From a bacterium (GTDB taxonomy: Bacteria > NPL-UPA2 > JAUVJM01): DNA of 31,867 nucleotides. The stretch's first letter is position 1; each line of letters begins with the position of its first letter. The notes under the pieces were generated by a model, which searched no databases, was not told the DNA's origin, and was given only the letters and a program-made list of their open reading frames with translations. Shown in pieces: positions 8,702 through 16,820 of this stretch. The stretch is taken from assembly GCA_030596585.1 (NCBI GenBank), contig JAUVJM010000001.1, positions 1 through 31,867 on the forward strand. Reading direction: 5' to 3'. Made by a program: the position numbers and the translations under genes.

Positions 8702-11102
8702 GATAGATCCACCCTGAGGGTTCCCCTTTTCGCTCGATTTTTGCCATCAGTGATTCTAACCCGTTGGGGAGGGGAGTGATAGTCATTGTTTTGAAGGTAA
8801 TGTCATCATCATTGGATTCGAGTTTTATCGTGATTCTGTTAGCGACCGGTAACAGGTTTAACTCAATCTGGTGAGAAAGTTCCCCTTTCACGTCCACGCG
8901 TATGGGGGAATTGTATAGTTCCCTGCTTTGCCGGAGGCTATATATGCTTGCTGTTCCCGTGGACAGAGGCTTACCTGTTCCGGTAATCTGAAAACGGTAT
9001 CTTCCTTTTGCGAGGTCGAGGTATGTGGGGAGCCTTCCCTTCATTTCTATCGACCAGGAGAGTTTGTTCCGGGCTTTGTCTGTGCCTTTGGCGGGCAGGG
9101 GTGACTTGCAAATAAGATATCTGTAGCGTCCGTTTTGCAGCGGAGGATAACCGATGCCGCTTCTGTTTCGTTCTCCGACACAATTTGAAGTGGTATTCCA
9201 TGGAATGGGAGAGAACGTGTCAAAATGGGTTTTCATCCATCCTAAGCTGAGAAATGTCCAGAGTAGAGTTATGTACATTCCCGTTAGAAGGGGTTTGGGA
9301 CTGCTTGAGTTTTTTTGCCTGGCCAGCAAGATGACCCAGAACAGTGCAAGTAACGCAAAACTGAGACTTACCGCTCCAACATGTGTCCATGGGAAATTGT
9401 TGAAGCCTCGCCCAAATGCTGGGAGATGGAACCAGATAGTGCGAAACCGGTGGTCTGACAGCGGCAGATAATTGATGGGAAGTCTTAGCCCGCCCTGGTT
9501 TAGGATGAAATAGGACATGTAACCCAGTGAGATGAAGCTCAAGAAGGCTGCGAGCCAGTAGAAAGCATGGTTTTTCTTTCTGAGAAGGAAATATCCCAGT
9601 GGCACGCATGTAAGCGGAATAATTTCGACCAGTCTTCTTCCGGGATGACAGCTTCCTCCTGTCCAGTATCTTCCTGCTGTGCCGATGATGAACCCGCCCA
9701 GATATAGACCTAACAGAAGGAAACCGGAGAGGTTTCTTTTTCTGAAGGCATAAATGAAAATCAATACGAAGCAGAGGAGGTGTACAGGCGCCGCAAATAC
9801 CATCCCGCGATAGTGATCGAACCACGTAGCGAGCATGCCCGGCCAGAAAGTGAAACCTGACGACTGCTGCCCGAACAAAGCTTTCCCAAACCACCGGTAG
9901 TGGAACAGGAAGAATACGCTGATGTTCAATGCCTGAAGGATAACTGTGGTTAGAATTCCGGGATTTCGCGGCTTTCTTATCCAGTGATAGAGCAGAAAAA
10001 TGCCTAAGATTCCATAGCAGATGATGAAGGAGTCGTGCAGCCACAGAAGCCATGTTAGGAGGAGGTTCATAATCACGGTTTGACGGATATCTCGCTGGTG
10101 CAGATTTGGCATTCTCCGCCATGCATAAAGCATACACAACCCGCCTGGCATGAACGGCCATGCGCGGAACGAATAGAACCACAGCGGCGAGCTAAAACTG
10201 AGGATTATCCATGCCCAGAAACTTATGGCGGTGCTCCCTGTTTCTTCAAATGCCGCAAGATACATCTGTGAAGCCAAGAATGCCCCGATGATGCACATTA
10301 TCACGAGTGTTTCCCTGTAATCGTTGACTCCGTTACACAGCGGTGCAAAAACCACTGACAATCCCACCGGATGCCAGGAGTAAGCGTGTCCGCCGCGAGA
10401 ATATCTTGAAATGTGAAAACGACCTGCCTGCCTTTTTCTGTAATGTCTGATGTTGTTGGTTAGATCCACATCGTGGTCTTGATGTATACTCCTGGCAATT
10501 GTGAAATAGTGTCCCTCGTCCCCGCCGGTGTACCGGCCCCTCTCGCATACGTATAGTCCGCTTGTGAGGAGGATGAAGAAGGTAATTACCCAGACCGTGT
10601 ACGGCGCCAGGCGTGGTTCAAGAATCCCGCTGGAGGTTACCGTCTGTTGAGAGGATGTTCCTTTCCCCGGATGGCCTGGATTTTCCAATCTTTGCCCTGC
10701 GAGGCGGGGAAGACGGAATATGAGCACGAGAAAAGCGGCAATGGAAGCTGCCGGAAGAAGGACAAGCGCGAGCGGAATAAATTCAGGGAATTTGCCTGAT
10801 ATGGGCGAGAGGATCAGGGGCGTAAGGGCTAAATGCCAGAAGCTGGCGAAAGGAACCAATGATTTTTTCTTTCTTTGCAGGAGGATGCAGGAGGAAAATG
10901 CAGCTATGAGGAATGCCGCGAATATAGCGATGGAAGAGAGGCTAAGCGGGGACCGAATATGCCACAGGAGGAGAGGCCCGATGGAATTTTCCAGAAAGAT
11001 CACGCGAAGCGTCAAGCTGGCCGTATAGAAATATGCCCATAACGCTGCGGCAGTTGGCAGCGTTACGGCAAATGCGATGGAGTAAGATTTTCTTCCGGTC
11101 AT
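8694..11102 (-). CDS. Polytopic membrane GT-C-like protein, tandem paralog B
   Basis: Colinear with paralog A end to end (both end PSGWIYLD); GDEGHY..IARSIHQDHDVDLTN loop and WTGGSCHPGRR. Confidence 0.7.
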   Translation of the reverse strand: MTGRKSYSIAFAVTLPTAAALWAYFYTASLTLRVIFLENSIGPLLLWHIRSPLSLSSIAIFAAFLIAAFSSCILLQRKKKSLVPFASFWHLALTPLILSPISGKFPEFIPLALVLLPAASIAAFLVLIFRLPRLAGQRLENPGHPGKGTSSQQTVTSSGILEPRLAPYTVWVITFFILLTSGLYVCERGRYTGGDEGHYFTIARSIHQDHDVDLTNNIRHYRKRQAGRFHISRYSRGGHAYSWHPVGLSVVFAPLCNGVNDYRETLVIMCIIGAFLASQMYLAAFEETGSTAISFWAWIILSFSSPLWFYSFRAWPFMPGGLCMLYAWRRMPNLHQRDIRQTVIMNLLLTWLLWLHDSFIICYGILGIFLLYHWIRKPRNPGILTTVILQALNISVFFLFHYRWFGKALFGQQSSGFTFWPGMLATWFDHYRGMVFAAPVHLLCFVLIFIYAFRKRNLSGFLLLGLYLGGFIIGTAGRYWTGGSCHPGRRLVEIIPLTCVPLGYFLLRKKNHAFYWLAAFLSFISLGYMSYFILNQGGLRLPINYLPLSDHRFRTIWFHLPAFGRGFNNFPWTHVGAVSLSFALLALFWVILLARQKNSSSPKPLLTGMYITLLWTFLSLGWMKTHFDTFSPIPWNTTSNCVGERNRSGIGYPPLQNGRYRYLICKSPLPAKGTDKARNKLSWSIEMKGRLPTYLDLAKGRYRFQITGTGKPLSTGTASIYSLRQSRELYNSPIRVDVKGELSHQIELNLLPVANRITIKLESNDDDITFKTMTITPLPNGLESLMAKIERKGEPSGWIYLD

Positions 11103-11144
11103 AAGGGAACCATTAAGCTACCATAAGTAGCAGTTGCCTATTGT

Positions 11145-11241
11145 TTGTCATTCCCGCCCTGCATCAAGTACGGGGTAAACTGCAGCGGGAATCCAGAAGA
11201 GTTCTTTCTGTGGATTGCCCGATCAAGTCGGGCAATGACAA
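11145..11241. repeat. Palindromic REP-like element (GTCATT...AATGAC termini, CCCGC type)
   Basis: TTGTCATTCCCGC...GCGGGAATCCAG...TGGATTGCCCGATCAAGTCGGGCAATGACAA; terminal IR plus two internal hairpins; intergenic. Confidence 0.8.
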
Positions 11242-11274
11242 CATGGTGTTTTCAAGAACTTATGTTACACCACA

Positions 11275-12000
11275 TTAGAAATGGTACCCAAAGCCGAGTG
11301 TATAAGCAGTCTCATCAATGAATCTGACTTCGAAATAGCCTGAGAATCCCGGGCTGATGTCGGTGATTATTCCGGCAAATAACCCAAAGTCTTTTTCCGA
11401 CTTGAAAGTTTCTTTCTCAGTTTTCCCCGAAGCCCAGGTGCGTTCCTGATTGCATTTCACATGGGAATACTTGGGCCCCCCGTAAACGGTAAACTGGCGC
11501 AGCTTCCTGGAGATTTTGAGGGAAGCCTGCTGTTCAGTCCAGTCTATTTCTACCTCATGCGGTGTTTGATGCTCTCGCATTTCCGACGCACCGGTCAGCT
11601 TTCCGCTGCCCGGTTCAAAGGCAAAATGCTGGCAGGTTATTTCTACCGTATTCAAACGTGAGTTAATGATCCTGTAGTTCATGCCGGCGCCGTATGCAAG
11701 GCGCTCGCTGAAAAAATGGGTTTCTCCTTCAAAACGGTGAAGTTCTAAGTTAGCCATGCCGGCCTTTCCGAAGAGGGTTATCCTGTCTCCTATTGCGTAC
11801 CCCGCTGTAATCAGGTATTGTTCCGAACGGATTCTTGCGGTCTCGATACCTTTTGCGTCTCTATTTCTTAGCCAGGTGAATTCATCACTCAGGGTAAATC
11901 TGCTGTCGCTTATATCATCACCTACCGTTGCCGCATTTACAACCGTACTGCCGGGCAAACAGGCACAAAGGCATAGAAGCACAAAGACACAGAGTTTCAT
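11275..12000 (-). CDS. Outer-membrane beta-barrel protein (paralog 1)
   Basis: Signal peptide ending ..VNA-A; alternating beta-strand pattern; C-terminal GFGYHF aromatic signature. Confidence 0.75.
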   Translation of the reverse strand: MKLCVFVLLCLCACLPGSTVVNAATVGDDISDSRFTLSDEFTWLRNRDAKGIETARIRSEQYLITAGYAIGDRITLFGKAGMANLELHRFEGETHFFSERLAYGAGMNYRIINSRLNTVEITCQHFAFEPGSGKLTGASEMREHQTPHEVEIDWTEQQASLKISRKLRQFTVYGGPKYSHVKCNQERTWASGKTEKETFKSEKDFGLFAGIITDISPGFSGYFEVRFIDETAYTLGFGYHF

Positions 12001-12012
12001 ATTTGTCCTTTA

Positions 12013-12762
12013 CTAAAACGCAAGGTATATTCCAAGAGTGTAGGCATCTTCGTCAACAAAACGTTTTTCCAGACACAGGGAAAGTTCCTCAGTAAACTTT
12101 ATTTCTCCTCCGACAGCTATTCCAAAGTTGTTTCTTTCTTTGAACCCGCCTATTCTTACTATCGGAGGACCTGCATGGGTATATGGAATGGTAGATTCCG
12201 AATATCTAATGGCGCCGTAGAGGGAAAATCTCCTGATCTTCTTAGCCATATCCAGAGATAAATGCCACTCCTCTGATTTGGATGAGAATGGGTCTTTTCT
12301 ATCATACCGGATGGCGTTGTCGTTGCAGAAATGTATATATTGAACTCCTGCCCCGCCTGCCAGGTTTCTTTGCGGGTCATCAAAGAGTTTAACTCTTATT
12401 CCCAATCCCCATGTATTTCCCTTGTCAAATTTCATACCGGGGTCGCCGGAAGCGTTCTCAGCCTCAAGATCTAAGCCAGCTTCTCCGAACAAGAAGTCTA
12501 ATGCTATATTTTCCTTAACACCATAGGAAATTTTTCCCAGGGTACGCTCAGAGGAATCCACTATCCACAACGCCCCGGGCCCGCCGTCATATTCAATAAT
12601 ATCCCGGTTCTCTACCTTGGTATATTCATAGCCAGCAGTTAAGTTTCCTTTCTCCGGAAAGTTTGCTATGTTGCCGGCTGTGGCCGCAAAAGTGTTTGTG
12701 GGGACAAGAAATAGCAGAGATAACAGAATATTGCTTGTCCTGACACTGCTGATTCCCTTCAC
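12013..12762 (-). CDS. Outer-membrane beta-barrel protein (paralog 2)
   Basis: Start reassigned to GTG 12762 (GAGGA RBS 8 nt upstream; the longer track start lies inside the MITE); signal peptide ..TFA-A; C-terminal RFVDEDAYTLGIYLAF matches paralog 1 RFIDETAYTLGFGYHF. Confidence 0.75.
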   Translation of the reverse strand: MKGISSVRTSNILLSLLFLVPTNTFAATAGNIANFPEKGNLTAGYEYTKVENRDIIEYDGGPGALWIVDSSERTLGKISYGVKENIALDFLFGEAGLDLEAENASGDPGMKFDKGNTWGLGIRVKLFDDPQRNLAGGAGVQYIHFCNDNAIRYDRKDPFSSKSEEWHLSLDMAKKIRRFSLYGAIRYSESTIPYTHAGPPIVRIGGFKERNNFGIAVGGEIKFTEELSLCLEKRFVDEDAYTLGIYLAF

Positions 12763-12798
12763 TTTTTCAATCCTCGATATGCTGTTTTCCAAAATGTA

Positions 12799-12828
12799 AT
12801 TATCGGTGTGAATGAGGGCAGAAGTCAA
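12799..12828 (-). promoter_or_regulatory. sigma70-type promoter for the minus-strand barrel/glycosylation operon
   Basis: Minus strand TTGACT-18 bp-GATAAT upstream of GTG 12762. Confidence 0.5.
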
Positions 12829-12848
12829 GCAAAAACGTCTTTGGCAAG

Positions 12849-12976
12849 GTAATCCCTCAGTTACAGGCGGGGACACATTGCATCTGCTATTGCGATCCCC
12901 CCCTACCCCCCTTATTAAGAGGGGATCAAAGGGGGGGGGATTAAGAGTATTCCCCCACCCGAGACTGAGGCATTAC
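12849..12976. mobile_element. MITE-like element, complete copy (128 bp) with 8-bp target-site duplication
   Basis: TIRs GTAATCCCTCAGT.. / ..ACTGAGGCATTAC (19 of 24 positions match); direct repeat TTGGCAAG at 12841-12848 and 12977-12984; internal CCCCCCTTATTAAGAGGGG hairpin. Confidence 0.8.
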
Positions 12977-13005
12977 TTGGCAAGTCTATCCGATGGTCAA
13001 AAACT

Positions 13006-13035
13006 TTGACATGAATGAGTCCGGAGAGGTATAAT
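13006..13035 (+). promoter_or_regulatory. Consensus sigma70 promoter
   Basis: TTGACA (13006-13011), 18 bp spacer, TATAAT (13030-13035); ATG follows at 13044. Confidence 0.75.
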
Positions 13036-13043
13036 CATCAGAA

Positions 13044-13823
13044 ATGAGTCGAAACTGGCAGGTTGAACTTTCCTCGAAATCACTCAAGAAGACCCGGAAA
13101 TATGGGATACTGGGTCGGATTATGCCGCGCTCCGATAATCTCACGTGCATGGAGGTAGGAGCGGAGACTGGTGTTATAACAGATTATCTTCGCCGGGAAA
13201 AAGGCGGGAGATGGCTTGCCGGAGTGCTTGCTAAGAAGTGGTTCGGAGTCTCGCAGGAACTTCTGGAAGAGGATGTTTGTGAAATCAATCCCTCAAGGAT
13301 TGATTTTCCGGATTCAACCTTTGACATTGTGCTTGCCTCAAGACCGGAGCATATCCTCGACGATATCAAGTTTTTCGCGGAAGTGAACAGAATTCTTAAA
13401 CCTTCAGGCAGGATATTCATCCTGAGTCCACACAATGAGCCGGAATTGTTTCTTAACAGGCTCAAAGAGAAAATCGGGCTTACGCTGGAACAGTATGACC
13501 ATTATAGGCCCGGGTACGGGACTTCCGAGGTGGAGGACAAGCTGAAGAATGCCGGTTTCGTGGTAGAAAGAAGCGGAAGCTACTGCAAATTCTTCACTGA
13601 GCTGATAGAGCTTCTTCTGAATGCAGGCTATTCCTTCATGGGCAGAAAGAAAAAGAAAAGCATTTCGTATCGTCCTGAAACCAAAGAGGAAATTGGCAAA
13701 AACAAACTCGGATATATGGTCTATAGCTGGATATACCCGTTTCTGCGTGTTATTTCGCTTCTTGATTGCCTCCTGCCGTTCACAAAAGGATACGTTCTTT
13801 ATATGCAGGCCAAGAAAAAGTGA
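13044..13823 (+). CDS. Class I SAM-dependent methyltransferase
   Basis: Motif I variant MEVGAETG; FPDSTFDIVL; EHI..D..FFAEVNRILKPSGRI. Confidence 0.85.
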   Translation: MSRNWQVELSSKSLKKTRKYGILGRIMPRSDNLTCMEVGAETGVITDYLRREKGGRWLAGVLAKKWFGVSQELLEEDVCEINPSRIDFPDSTFDIVLASRPEHILDDIKFFAEVNRILKPSGRIFILSPHNEPELFLNRLKEKIGLTLEQYDHYRPGYGTSEVEDKLKNAGFVVERSGSYCKFFTELIELLLNAGYSFMGRKKKKSISYRPETKEEIGKNKLGYMVYSWIYPFLRVISLLDCLLPFTKGYVLYMQAKKK

Positions 13824-15217
13824 AAGTCCTCTTCATTTATACTGACATTAATATGAAGGGCGGCGCCAGAAGTTTCAATTATGGCACTGCGATACTCTCT
13901 GCTGTCCTGAAGAAACATGGACACGAAACGGATCTGCATTATGTGTATCCCTCCTATGAGACGAAGCAAGTCCGCAGCGAGATTTCAGGTTTTGGCCCTC
14001 GCATCATTGCTTTCTATTCCACTACGGCGCAGTTCAGGTATCTGAAAAAGATGCTTGAGGATATTCCTCTGGATGAAGACGTGTTTACGATTTGCGGAGG
14101 ACCGCACGTAACAGTGGAGCCGGAGTCTTCCCTTCGCGAAATTCCACGCCTGAATGCCATATGCCGCGGAGAGGGGGAGGATGCTTTGTTAGAGCTGGTT
14201 GAGGCTCTCGAAAGAAATGAGGACGTTACAAAGATACCGAATATTTACGTGAGAAAAAATGGCGAGATTCACAGGAATTCCCCGAGACCTTTTATACGGA
14301 ATCTTGATGATTTACCTTTTCCTGACAGGGAGCTTTTCGAGTACCAGAAAATTATTGATTCTGATTTTGGAACTGCGTTGTTTATGTTTACCCGCGGGTG
14401 CCCGTTCAACTGCTCTTACTGTGCCAATCATGCGTTGAGTAAGGTTCAGAGCGGCAGATACGTGCGGTTCCGGAGCGTTGAGAGCTGCATCCATGAGATA
14501 AAAGAGGTTCTGAGCAAATACAGTGCAAAGGCCATTTACGTCAACGATGATTTGTTCACACTGAAAAAAGATTTCGTTTCTGAATTCTGCAAGCGGTATA
14601 AAAAGGAGATATGCCTGCCTTTTGACATCAATACGAGAGTCGGGTTCATTGACGAAGAGATCTGTGCATACCTGAAGGAGGCAGACTGCCGGAGAGTGAA
14701 TATAGGAATTGAGTCAGGCAGTTCCTATATCCGGAATGAGGTACTCAAAAGGAAAATGTCAAACGAGCAGATAATTTCTGCCTTCCGCATTGTGCGTGAG
14801 GCGGGCTTGAAGACAAAATCTTTCAACATGATAGGTTTGCCCGGAGAGACTCCTGAGCTTTTTCGGGAGACAATAGCCCTGAATGCAAAGATTCTTCCTG
14901 ACAGCGTCATATTGAACGTTTTCGACCCCTATCCCGGAACGGAATTGGGCGAGGTATGTAAAAGGGATAATCTGATTGACGCTGAAAGAGCAGAGAAAGA
15001 TATTATTCCGAAGACCGATACCGTGTTGAACCTGCCTGATTTTTCCAGAAGAGAAATACGCCGCTTCTATAAGACATTTGCTTATGAGGTTTACAAGAAG
15101 CAGTCCCTCACAAAAGCGATATTCTACAGAGTGTATTATTCGCAGTTGGGAGAACTGCTGCTCCGTGTTCTCTCCCCGTTCAAAGATATCCTCCGCCGCA
15201 TTACCATGGGAATATGA
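13820..15217 (+). CDS. B12-binding radical SAM protein
   Basis: GTG start in a GTGA overlap; N-terminal cobalamin-binding domain (GGPHVT..PE, GEGE); CPFNCSYC cluster motif; GIESGS; NMIGLPGET. Confidence 0.9.
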   Translation: MKVLFIYTDINMKGGARSFNYGTAILSAVLKKHGHETDLHYVYPSYETKQVRSEISGFGPRIIAFYSTTAQFRYLKKMLEDIPLDEDVFTICGGPHVTVEPESSLREIPRLNAICRGEGEDALLELVEALERNEDVTKIPNIYVRKNGEIHRNSPRPFIRNLDDLPFPDRELFEYQKIIDSDFGTALFMFTRGCPFNCSYCANHALSKVQSGRYVRFRSVESCIHEIKEVLSKYSAKAIYVNDDLFTLKKDFVSEFCKRYKKEICLPFDINTRVGFIDEEICAYLKEADCRRVNIGIESGSSYIRNEVLKRKMSNEQIISAFRIVREAGLKTKSFNMIGLPGETPELFRETIALNAKILPDSVILNVFDPYPGTELGEVCKRDNLIDAERAEKDIIPKTDTVLNLPDFSRREIRRFYKTFAYEVYKKQSLTKAIFYRVYYSQLGELLLRVLSPFKDILRRITMGI

Positions 15218-15470
15218 TGAAAGATAAGAATTCCAATCTTTCACCTATTTCCCCCTGTTTTTGAAAAATCTTGCCGTTCTTTAGAACAAAAGTCTGTTAA
15301 CTCATTTTTAACTTTTAAAAAATTTTTCTCATTCAGGAAAGAAAGGAATAATACAAAGATATAATAAAAACAGGATCAGAGATATATTGATCTAAGAAGG
15401 AATTAAATAAAGAATAATATGTCCTTAAAGAATTAAAAACCGGGAAATAAGATACAGAGGTTTACATATA

Positions 15471-15564
15471 GGGTGGAGGAATATTCTTAATCCCCCCTTA
15501 ATAAGGGGGGTAGGGGATCGCAATAGCAGATGCAATGTACCCCCACCCAAGACTGAGGCATTAC
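15471..15564. mobile_element. MITE-like element, second copy, inverted and truncated on one side
   Basis: Reverse complement shares GTAATGCCTCAGTC.TGGGTGGGGG, ACATTGCATCTGCTATTGCGATCCCC and CCCCCCTTATTAAG..GGGGATTAAGA.TATTCC.CCACCC with copy 1; the outer part of the other TIR is missing. Confidence 0.75.
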
Positions 15565-15656
15565 GCAGTTTTTTGATTGATTTGGGAGAATGAAAATGGT
15601 CTAATGTGGGGTAAGGGGTTGTAACAGAATAAGATTGACTTTTGCCAGAGGTGATT

Positions 15657-15947
15657 ATGGCTGTTTCTGAATGTCCGAAATGCGGGCGGATAATGCACTG
15701 GGGGGCGAGAATCTGTCCGGGCTGCGGCTCGGAGTCTCCGGTTTCTCGATCGGAGGTGTGGCAAAGGAGATCTGTCAGGCGGGATGCTAAAACAGGTCCC
15801 GGCGGCGGGGATGGACCGTCTCTTCTCAGCGATTGGTGGTGGATTGTCATTTTACTGTTGATTGGAGCAGCTGCGGCCGTTGTGAGTGTGCTCAACTGGC
15901 TCGGTGTGGGGAAGGTTTTCCCCATCAATCCCGGGTCATGGAAGTAG
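15657..15947 (+). CDS. Small zinc-ribbon membrane protein
   Basis: CPKC...CPGC followed by a C-terminal TM helix; GAGGTG RBS before ATG 15657. Confidence 0.65.
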   Translation: MAVSECPKCGRIMHWGARICPGCGSESPVSRSEVWQRRSVRRDAKTGPGGGDGPSLLSDWWWIVILLLIGAAAAVVSVLNWLGVGKVFPINPGSWK

Positions 15948-15988
15948 GATGTGTTTTTAGTGAAGACATAACAGGGAAAGGAGAAAGC

Positions 15989-16816
15989 ATGGGCAGAGTG
16001 GCGAAGTTGGGTGTTGCGGTAATGGCGTTGCTGTGTATGGTTGGATGTATGCAAGTGGATAGCCTTGTTAGAGTGAAGCAGGATGGCAGCGGTACAATCG
16101 AAGAAACTGTTCTGATGAACAGGGAATTCATCAAGCAGATGGAAGCGATGGCTTCTCAGATGGGAGCGAAGCAGGAGGAGGGTACCTCAAAGGGATTCAA
16201 TCTTTTTGATCAGGAAGAAGTCAAGAAAAAGGCGAGCGCAATGGGTGAGGGAGTCACCTACGTTTCCAGTGAGAAGGTGACTGTTGGGGATAAGGAAGGA
16301 TATAAGGTATGCTATGCGTTTGCGGACGTCAATAAGGTTAAACTCAACCAGAATCCTGGTGATAAAGTTCCTTCTTCCGGTGCTGGTCCCGGAGACAAGG
16401 GGGAAAAGGATGAATTTATCAGATTCCAATTTACAAAGGGCAATCCTGCAACGTTGATTGTCAGGATGCCTGCCCGCAAGCCCGGCGAAAAGCCGGAGTT
16501 ACCCAAAGAGCCAAAGCCGGAGGGTCAGGATGCGGATATGGCTATGGGGATGATGAGTCAGATGTTGAAGGGAATGAAAATAACTGTGGCGATTGAAGTA
16601 GAAGGGGCAATCGTCGAGACCAATGCGACTCACCGGCAGGGTTCCAGGATAACGTTGATGGAAATGGAATTTGACAAACTGATACAGAACCAGGAGAAAT
16701 TCAAGGAGTTTGCCAAATTAAAACCCGAAAGTCTTGAAGAAGTCAAAAAGGTCATGAAGGATTTACCGGGAATCAAAGTGGAGCTGAACGAAGAGGTCAA
16801 GGTCAAATTCAGGTAG
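15989..16816 (+). CDS. Lipoprotein of unknown function (LppM/DUF3153-like N-terminus)
   Basis: AAGGAG RBS; signal peptide with lipobox MVG-C; V...V..DGSG motif. Confidence 0.7.
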   Translation: MGRVAKLGVAVMALLCMVGCMQVDSLVRVKQDGSGTIEETVLMNREFIKQMEAMASQMGAKQEEGTSKGFNLFDQEEVKKKASAMGEGVTYVSSEKVTVGDKEGYKVCYAFADVNKVKLNQNPGDKVPSSGAGPGDKGEKDEFIRFQFTKGNPATLIVRMPARKPGEKPELPKEPKPEGQDADMAMGMMSQMLKGMKITVAIEVEGAIVETNATHRQGSRITLMEMEFDKLIQNQEKFKEFAKLKPESLEEVKKVMKDLPGIKVELNEEVKVKFR

Positions 16817-16820
16817 CTGC

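Noticed and set aside
6510-11028. Paired plus-strand ORFs with similar translations (e.g. 6741-7058 and 9154-9471)
   Set aside because: Their similarity simply mirrors the tandem GT-C duplication on the opposite strand.
12897-12939. Poly-C/poly-G tracts as phase-variation switches
   Set aside because: They lie inside the MITE, outside coding regions and promoter spacers.
12812-13009. 65-aa ORF, plus the N-terminal extension of ORF 12013-12876 and the tail of ORF 15425-16054
   Set aside because: These translate MITE sequence (the shared TLHLLLRSP.TPLIK peptide) and cross predicted promoters; they are repeat artefacts.
12849-15564. Composite transposon formed by the two MITE copies
   Set aside because: The TTGGCAAG duplication flanks copy 1 alone; the sequence outside copy 2 (GCAGTTTT) does not match, so the block did not move as one unit.
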